DNA of 57,729 nt from Octopus bimaculoides (Eukaryota): contig NC_069001.1 in NCBI RefSeq assembly GCF_001194135.2, positions 15,583,368-15,641,096 on the forward strand, written 5' to 3'. Positions 49,395-57,729 of this stretch are shown here, in pieces (within the stretch, counting starts at the first letter, position 1; each line of letters opens with the position of its first letter). Made by a program: the position numbers and the translations under genes. The notes under the pieces are model-generated. The model did not search any database. It saw nothing but the letters and a program-made list of their open reading frames with translations, and was not told where the DNA came from.

Positions 49395-50974
49395 GTATGT
49401 ACACAACAAACTAGTAAGGGCAAGGGTTTTCTTGTTGTTGTTTTTTTCTTTATCTTTCTTGTTGTTTTTTTCTTTATCTTTCTTGTTGTTTTGTTGTTTA
49501 TCGTTCTTGTTGTTTTGTTGTTTATCTTTATCCAGAAGAACTATGATCAAAGACTAAACTAGCACAAGTCTGGAATACTTTTCATCTGCTAGAACAAGCT
49601 TAATGTGTGGTATCAACTACAATAAACGTACTTTTTTGATGGCGTATAAGACGTGCCTTTTACCCAAAAGAATGACTCAGAAAAACCACCCCTTGGTTCT
49701 TATACATGAAGCTGGGCCTGTATTGGTTTCAAATTTTGGCACAAGGCCAGCATTTTGGGGGAAGGGAGCTAGTCGATTAAATCAACCCCAGTACTCAGCT
49801 GAAAGTATCAACCCTGAAAGGATGTAACGGCAGGGTCAACCTCTGTGGAATTTGAATGCAAAACATAAAAACAAACGAAATGCTGCTAAGCATTTTGCCC
49901 AGCATTCTAACAGTCTGCCAGCTCATTGCCTTTAAGTTGGGCCTATACTGCTTGTTTTAATGGACTGAAAACGTCTTCTTCCTGTATATCAGTGGTAGCA
50001 TTAACTCTTATCCAAGTAATTAATCTATAGAGAGTGACTGAGCCTCTTCATCTTGAAGGATGTGAAGGGTACCAGTGCCTGAGGTGTTCAGGCCAAGGTT
50101 GGTATAGAAAAGTCAGGGACATGTGTCACAGGAGAGAGTTGGCAGAAGACAAGGAAGTGCAAATCACTCTTTGCATCTTCGACATCTGATCTCTGCCTCT
50201 TGACGTCTGTTATTTTCTGTCTGGTCTGTTTCTTTGATGATGACACTTAGGGCAGTCCCAGATATTTGGGTTAATAAAGCAGACTGCTAAAACTGGAGTG
50301 CATCTACTATAACCTGTGTGTTTTTTACACCATCAAATATGGTAGTTTACTTCACTGTCATAATTAACCCCTTAAAATGGAACCTCTAGACAACTGCTCA
50401 TCATGAAAGAAATGGTAACCAAACACCTTCAAAATTTTACCCTACTATCTTAAGAAAAGAACACAATAGACTTTGTAGTTCAAAATAGATTATGATATAC
50501 ATGTTTCCAGAGATATGGAACAATATTTTAGGTGACATGCAATGAGCGTGAGAAAAATAATCTCCCTGAAATATCAAGTTATAAAAAATTTAACTTTTAG
50601 ACATTTATCTAAGATTAAGATTTATGTATACATGTTACTGACTCTCCAATAACAAAATTATAAAAGAAGTTAATATTTCAACATGTTAGGCTAAAAAGAA
50701 ACACTTTGGCAATTTATTCACTAGAACAATAGCCATGTAAGAGTTAAAGTATTAAATTTTTTGCCAGCACTCCTCAATGAAATCAGAATAAACTCTCAAT
50801 TAACAAATCAAGTTCTTTGGTTAATAATTTGTGTCCTTATCTATGTCTTTATTCTGTGGCTGCTTGCTCAGAGATCAAAATACTACTCCAGCCAGAACTA
50901 CAGCAAAACTTGTGAGGTTTAGCAACATTTCAATTACATTGAAACATAAAACCAATCACTTCTCTTTTACCCAT

Positions 50975-51161
50975 TTACTTGTTTCAGTCATTTGACTGTG
51001 GCCATGCTGGAGCACCGCCTTTAGTCGAGCAAATCGACCCCAGGACTTATTCTTTGTAAGCCTAGTACTTTGTCTATCGGTCTCTTTTGCCGAACCACTA
51101 AGTTACCGGGACGTAAACACACCAGCATCGGTTGTCAAGCGATGTTGGGGGGACAGACACA

Positions 51162-51249
<88 letters not shown>

Positions 51250-51417
51250 CATATATACGACAGGCTTCTTTCAGTTTCTGTCTGCCAAATCCACTCACAA
51301 GGCTTTGCTTGGCCCGAGGCTATAGTAGAAGACACTTGCCCAAGGTGCCACGCAGTGGGACTGAACCCGGAACCATGTGGTTGGTAAATAAGCTACTTAC
51401 CACACAGCTACTCCTGC
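50975..51417 (-). mobile_element. SINE family A, full-length young copy with expanded internal (AC)n
   Basis: Near-identical reverse complement of 10605-11000. Confidence 0.9.
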
Positions 51418-51486
51418 ACCTATGATATACAAGTGTATGATATACATACACTTCTGCTAATAAACTGTATAACTGTTAGTGGTTAA

Positions 51487-51708
51487 CCCTTTCGATACCA
51501 ACCCGGCTGAAACCGCATCTGGCTCTGTAGTGCAAATGTCTTGTTTCCATAAGTTTTGAATTAAAATCTTCCACCAAACCTTAGTCACAATTTATGTTCC
51601 TAACACTAGCTGAATGATAACTGAGTTATTTTACTAAGTTCTTTGTTATATTTAAAATTAATTGAAAGAAACACAGAGCATCTCAACAGAAATGTGGTAA
51701 CAAAAGAG
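51487..51708. mobile_element. piggyBac-type MITE
   Basis: TTAA ccctttcgatacca ... tggtaacaaaagag TTGA. Confidence 0.7.
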
Positions 51709-51823
51709 TTGATTTGTGTTTTTAACTAATGTTCATCTCTGCCAGTGTTGGCATATCATAATCATCATCATCATCTATCATCATCAGCATCATCATCATC
51801 ATCAGCATCATCATCATCATCAG

Positions 51824-51862
<39 letters not shown>

Positions 51863-52152
51863 TCATTATTTCATATTTGTTTTCCCAACTACTGGCTTAA
51901 GTGGACAGGTCCCACTTAAAGCTGTTCACCTTTCTCACACAATAACACAGAAAACCTGCACCTGTGCCCTAATAAAAAAAGAAGTATGCTGCTGCTGACA
52001 ACCCTTAGTTTTCTCTGATGCTAGATTTTATTTATTTACGTTTCATAGGAAATCCATGTGACAGTATTTAATGAGAAGGATCTGATTAATTAAGGTCCTG
52101 GTAACTGCCACACTGACCATTCAATTAATTGCTTGCTGACTGTTGGTTTTTG

Positions 52153-52197
<45 letters not shown>

Positions 52198-53169
52198 GGT
52201 TGTTTAACTTGGTACATGCTGACACAGCACTTCAGTGTATCACCTGTTGTCCTCAAGTGATACACACACACACATGCATTGCGTGTGAAGTGGTTCTCTC
52301 CCCTTAAGGAGAATATTCACCTTCTCTCTCTAATCTCACAGTAATCTCTTCTCTCTTTTCCTCCTCTTACCCTGCAAGCAACTATAAGCAGCAGCAGCAA
52401 TACATTCTAGTCAGATGCCAACATATATCACCATCATCATCATTTAATGTCCATATTCGATACTAGTATGGGTTGGGTGGTTGGAGCTGGCAAGCCAGAG
52501 GATTGCATCAAGCTCTATTGTCAGCTTTGGCATGGTCTCTCCGGCTGGATGCCCTTCCTGATGCCAATCACTTTAAAGAGTATACTGGGTGATATTTACA
52601 TGGCACCAACACCAGAGAGGTTACCAAATAACTTGCAAGACAAAGGCCCCCACCTCAACTGAAAGGGGTGTAGTATTGAGGGAAATGGCTTTGTGCTAGA
52701 TGATGAGAGGTTAAAGTATGATAGAGGGACACAAATTGGCGTCTTGATGTAGAGGAGATATATGGTTACCTCAGTCAGAGATAGAGAAAGTGATGGTGGT
52801 GGTGAGATGCCAAGTTGTACATTCAAAGTACAAAGAGGTGAATGTAAGTGGAGCAGTAAAGGGGATTGGACAGGGTGGGTGAGCAGGGAGTTCATGAGAG
52901 TGCGAAGGGGAGAGGAGAGGAGAAGGAGAATCCAGTGAGTGGTGAACACGGATTTACAGGGTACTGAAGGATAGCAATGATACAGTTTAGCAGGGAGAGG
53001 ACAAGAGAGAGGAATGACAGAGCAGTGTTGGGCTTCAGGAGCAAAGGGGGAGAGACAAGCACAGTGCATGAAGAGATGTAGTTTGGTTCATTGGAGTGGG
53101 GAGTGTGAATTAATGTTACATGGGGGCTGGAATACACAGCACTTTGAGAATTCAGTTTCACTGAGGTAT

Positions 53170-54340
53170 GCAGGTCTTCTCATGAACTTCATATTGCCAG
53201 ACACCTTGGTACATTGTCATCTCTTCCATCTTGAGATTCAGCCTCACTGCTTCATCCTATGTCTTCTCAGATTTCCCTTTTCTTCAAGTTCCATCCACTT
53301 TGAGCAATCATCACTTCTTAAAGCTGCTGTCTTTATTCATACATATTACATGTCCAAGCCATCAGAGTCTTCTCTCTTACATTCTACATCTGATTCCCCT
53401 TTTACCTAACTTTTCTCTCAACATATCTGCGCTTTGTCATACATGCACACTGATGTTGCACACCCATTGAAGTATACTAGCTTTGTTCCTCTCCAGGGCC
53501 CACATCACACCATAATGGAGCATAGCCATTCATACACAAGCATCATACAATCTGTCTTTCAAAGAGGTCCTTTATTTCCAACAGGGGTAATAATTCAGAG
53601 GTTTCTCCATCCTGTTCTTATTCTAGCCACTATAATTTCAGAACATCCTCCTCCACTGCTAATTTGGTCACCTGGATAACAGAAACTTCTCAGGAGCCTC
53701 CTGTGTATTTGAGAAAATCTAATTCCCATGTATCTTTAACATTTATTGTTCCTGCACTTATGTCATATACAAAGATGACTTTCTTTGTTAACATATTTGT
53801 GATTCCATTGCACTAGGTGCAGCTAATGGAATTCTTTTCAGTACTTTCCTATATATTGACCAGAGCCATTTACCTGATGGAAAGAGAGTCTTATCTATTT
53901 TATTGCTAGCAATGACTTTGGTCTTTGATAGCTTAACTCTAAGACTCTTTGATTCAAGGTTTTGCTTCTATCTCTGGAATTTCTTTTCAAATTCTGCTTC
54001 AGATTCTGTTATAAGAGTAAAGTCATCAGCATATAATAGTTCCCATGGGCAGCCAGTCTGTTAGAGCCTGGAGGACCATGATGAATAAGAGGGGACTGAG
54101 AACCAAACCCTGGTGAACTCCTACTTGTACACTAAATTCATTACTGTATTCATGGCCAACTCACCCTACTGACAGCACCACTATGTGTGGCATGTATGGC
54201 TCTAACAAACCATTTGTCTACTCCTACCTTCCTTAGAGACTATCAGATAACAGAGTAAGGGATTTTGTCAAAAGCTTTCTCCACATTGGCAAAAACCAAG
54301 CACAATGGTTTACTTTTGGCTAGATATTTCTCCTGCAGCA
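53170..54340 (-). mobile_element. RTE-X-like LINE RT relic
   Basis: Minus strand KAFDK..VGVHQGLVLSPLLFIMVLQAL and a 3' region homologous to 5130-6440. Confidence 0.8.
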
Positions 54341-54600
54341 AAGAGAAATATTTCATTAGAATATTAAAAGAAGTGGAGTACACAATGGTGGTAGATAACT
54401 GCAGGAATTTTCTGTGGAACTCACTTAATTAATCAATCTTGAAAGCCCTATAAAACAATGCAACAGTAGAAGACAGCAGTTCACAGTACCATGCAATGGA
54501 AATGAACCCAGTCCCTTGTGGTTGTTAAACAGGTCTATACCTATCTACTCACCCTATTTTGGCAGTTTTTTGTAACCCTGTGTTCACCCATTCGTTACAG

Positions 54601-54694
54601 GTTGAAGAACTGGACGCTGAATTGAGTTTACGGATCCACCTTCATCAGCCTCGAGCCAAACGAATCGAGGAAGATATTAATGATGTCAGAAAAG
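54601..54694 (+). CDS. CCDC180: CCDC180/CFAP76-like exon (phase 0-1)
   Basis: ttcgttacag/GTT..AAA G/gtgaga; VEELDAELSLRIHLHQPRAKRIEEDINDVRK, resembling the LHLHQPRA..IEKDI..VR motif I recall from CCDC180. Confidence 0.88.
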
Positions 54695-56129
54695 GTGAGA
54701 AATGAAAAGATCTCATTGAATAATCTTTGTTTCAATCTCTTTTTTTTTCTCTGTTGCTGATCAAATTATACAATTACTTATTGTAATAAATTAATATTAA
54801 TATGTTGCATAGATTAACACTATACATGAATACATGGAGGGATGAAACAATAGGATACAAGACAACTTGTTGAGTAAGGACTTATTAGATATAAGTGTGT
54901 GTGTGTATTCATGTGTGCATATACATATGTTTGTATATGCACAAGTCAGGTGGGAAGGCCACCTTGTTTGAATGCTTGCCTGACACATGACTCCCCAAAA
55001 GACAATTCCATAATGAACTGGCAGAAGGTAAGTGCGCACAAGGTGGACAGAAAGCACATACTTCAAGGAAGCACTCAAAGCCACACTGAAGAGCTTTGAG
55101 ATTAACTGTGACACCTGAGAAACACAAGCACAAGACAGCCCTGCCTAGTTAAGATGCACCAACAGATTTGCCTCCTCCTACAAATAGAACTGGATTGCAA
55201 GGGCACAATGAAAACACAAACTACATAAATTCAGAGCAAATTCCTCACCTTCTGTCCCAGCAGACCACCAGTGCTAGACCTATGACAGAGCATTCCAAGC
55301 ATGCATCAAACTGATTGTCCACAGCCAGAAATGCTGTCCCCTGTCTACTTCTTCCATGTGATGCCTTTGCTCATCATTGACAACAGACAAACTAATAATA
55401 ATATGTGTGTATGTATGAGTGTATACAGACGTCTCTTTGTGGTGACTTCATTTGTCATTCCATCCACAGAAAGTCGTATGGTCATGGAAGAGTGGAGATG
55501 TGTGCAGATGTAACCAGTTGGCCTCAAACCATGCAGGCCTGCAACAGGACTGAGACATCATGGTTGCTAAGCAAGCTTCATACCCACACAGTGAAGTTTG
55601 TGACCATAAATTTGCATACATTTTGTCTTTATCACCATTTAATGTCTATTTTCCATGCTGGCATGGGTTGGACAGTTCAGCAAGAGCTGATGAGTCAGAG
55701 GACTGCATTGAGCTCCAGTCTCTGCTTTGGTATGGTTTTTGCAGTTGTATGCTCTTCCTAATGCCAACCACTTTGCAGAGTTTACTGGGTGCTTTTTTTA
55801 TGTGTCACTAGCAGTAATGAGGTCCCCAAGTAACTTGCAAGACAAGACTCTGCAACTGAGTGGGGAGAAGTAGTATTTTGGGAGGTGACTTTATGCAAGG
55901 TGATGAAAAGTTCCAACAAAACCTATGATAAAGAGATGATAATAATAATAATTATAAGAAGAACAACAACAATTTCAAATTTTGACACAAGGCCAGCAAT
56001 TTCAGAGGAGGGTCCAAGTCGATTAAATTGACCCCAGTACTTAAATGGTACTTATTTTATTGACCCAGGAAGGATGAAAGGCAAAGTCAACCTCAGCAGA
56101 ATTTGAACTCAGAATGTAGAGACAGACAA

Positions 56130-56163
<34 letters not shown>

Positions 56164-56435
56164 TAAATAAAATGTCAAAGTTTTGGTGCGTGACTTTTAG
56201 GCCCACCCTGTACATGGAGTGGCTACAACACCTTTCACTGTTTGATCTAGGTTGACCGCCTAGGGCTAAACAACAGCTACACCATTATATGATGGTTTGA
56301 TATTCAGCAATGAAACACATTCTAATAAACACACCATAAAATAGTTTTATGTATATTTAAACAGTATCAATGATTCGACTCCACAGTTGAGGCTGGGAGT
56401 GAAACATTTGTCATTTATGGGAAACAGATGTTCAT

Positions 56436-56770
56436 TTATTGATGATGATGATGATGATGATGGTGATAATGAGAAAGAAGAGGAGGGGGAATCATGTTGA
56501 TTACAATGACAGGTGGGTGTTGATGATGATGAAGATGTTGATGATTCATGATGACTATATGATAATGATGATGATGATGATGATAGCAGTGATGATAGTA
56601 ATGGTGATGATGATCATGAGGATGATGATGATGATGGTGATGATGATGTTTATGAGGATAAATAAAATGATGAAAATGGCAATGCTGATTCTGATGATGA
56701 CATTTATGATGACAGCATTAGCAACAACTATGATAAAGTGTTGTTGACAGTGATGATGATGATGATGATA
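56436..56770. repeat. (ATG/GAT)n low-complexity tract
   Basis: Degenerate trinucleotide repeat; the poly-Met ORF is a by-product. Confidence 0.9.
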
Positions 56771-56899
56771 ATCCAACATACAATAATGATTTCAAATTTT
56801 GGCACAAGGCCAGCAATCTCAGAACAGGAAGCTAGATTGATTAAATCGACCCCAGTGCTCAACATATCACCAAAGATGTCAGTCACTTGCTAATGCCTC

Positions 56900-57640
56900 C
56901 ATGAGGCCCAATATTCGAAGATCATGTTTCACCATCTTACCCCATGTCTTCCTGGGTCTACCTCGTCCCTCCACAGTTAGAGATTGGTACTTCTTTACAC
57001 AGTAGTTCTTGCCCATACACACCACATGAGCATACCAGCATAGTCATCTCTCTTGCGCACCACATGTGATGCCTCTTATGCCCAACTTTTCTCTCAAGAT
57101 GCTTGCACTGTGTCATACATTCACACTGACATTGCACAACAAAGTATACTAGCTTAATTTCTTTCAAACCTTCGCATGTCCTCAGCAGTCACAGCCCATG
57201 TTTCACTGCCATGTAACCTGGCTGTTCACACACAGACATCATAAAATCTGCCTTTTACTCTGAGGGAGAGGCCCTTAGTTACTAATAAAGGTAAAAGCTC
57301 TCTGAACTTTGTCCAGCCTATTCTAATTCTAGCAGCTATGCTCTCAGAGCATCCACCTTCACTGCTGACTTGGTCACCTAGATAACAGAAGCTATCAACT
57401 ACTTCTAGGTATCCCCACTGGCATTTGATGGAATTTATTTTCTGTACATTTCTAGTGTTTTTTGTACCTGTACATCTACCACCCACAAAGACTATATTCC
57501 CTGTTAACCTCCCCCTGACATTGTTGCACCTCTTATGAGTCCATAACTTGCACCAGGTACATCTCATGGACTTTCCAACTATGCCTTTACTATATACCAA
57601 GCTGGGCCGTCTACCTGAAGGGATTTGTGATTTGTCTGCT
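56900..57640 (-). mobile_element. RTE-X-like LINE 3' relic
   Basis: VGKSMRCTWCKLWTHKRC..EVVDSFCYLGD..ARIRIGWTKFRELLPLL..LRVKGRFYDVCV. Confidence 0.88.
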
Positions 57641-57679
57641 GAGAGAGAGTGGGAGAGAGAGAGGGAGTGAGATAGAGAG

Positions 57680-57729
<50 letters not shown>

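Noticed and set aside
10191-51425. ORFs rich in YI/CV/HT/MY repeats
   Set aside because: Translations of (TA)n, (TG)n, (CA)n and (TATG)n microsatellites
56439-56779. Poly-Met and poly-Ile ORFs
   Set aside because: Product of an (ATG)n low-complexity tract
54695-57729. Next CCDC180-like exon (expected phase 1, ELLLH-like)
   Set aside because: No matching open segment with splice sites found; probably beyond the window
1-57729. CRISPR arrays, operons, prophage or other prokaryotic systems
   Set aside because: No regularly spaced repeat-spacer array and no dense coding; all signals are those of a eukaryotic intron

Overview
This is eukaryotic, AT-rich, N-gapped scaffold DNA full of microsatellites. 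The SINE and LINE families look like those of Octopus (coleoid cephalopod); that is inferred from repeat recognition, not a database hit. Nearly all ORF-track entries are spurious (N runs, microsatellites) or transposon relics. The host gene is on the + strand and is missed by the ORF track. Three phase-compatible GT-AG exons (46081-46229, 49313-49394, 54601-54694) splice into a peptide that resembles CCDC180/CFAP76 (FAP76, a central-apparatus protein of motile cilia). Weaker upstream exon candidates are at 7136, 13631 and 31730. The rest is intron filled with mobile DNA: RTE-BovB, RTE-X and CR1/L2 LINE relics, three SINE families, near full-length DD37D (maT), DD34D (mariner) and DD41D (rosa/Visitor) transposons, hAT, piggyBac, Kolobok-like and Tc1 MITEs, a probable solo LTR, and Penelope-like (GIY-YIG) relics. 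The most unusual items are a Penelope-derived composite with perfect 132-bp direct repeats and an internal inversion, two hammerhead-ribozyme-like motifs tied to Penelope remnants, and many intronic fold-backs. I do not see a clearly new protein-coding system. Most TE boundaries are approximate unless TIR/TSD positions are given.
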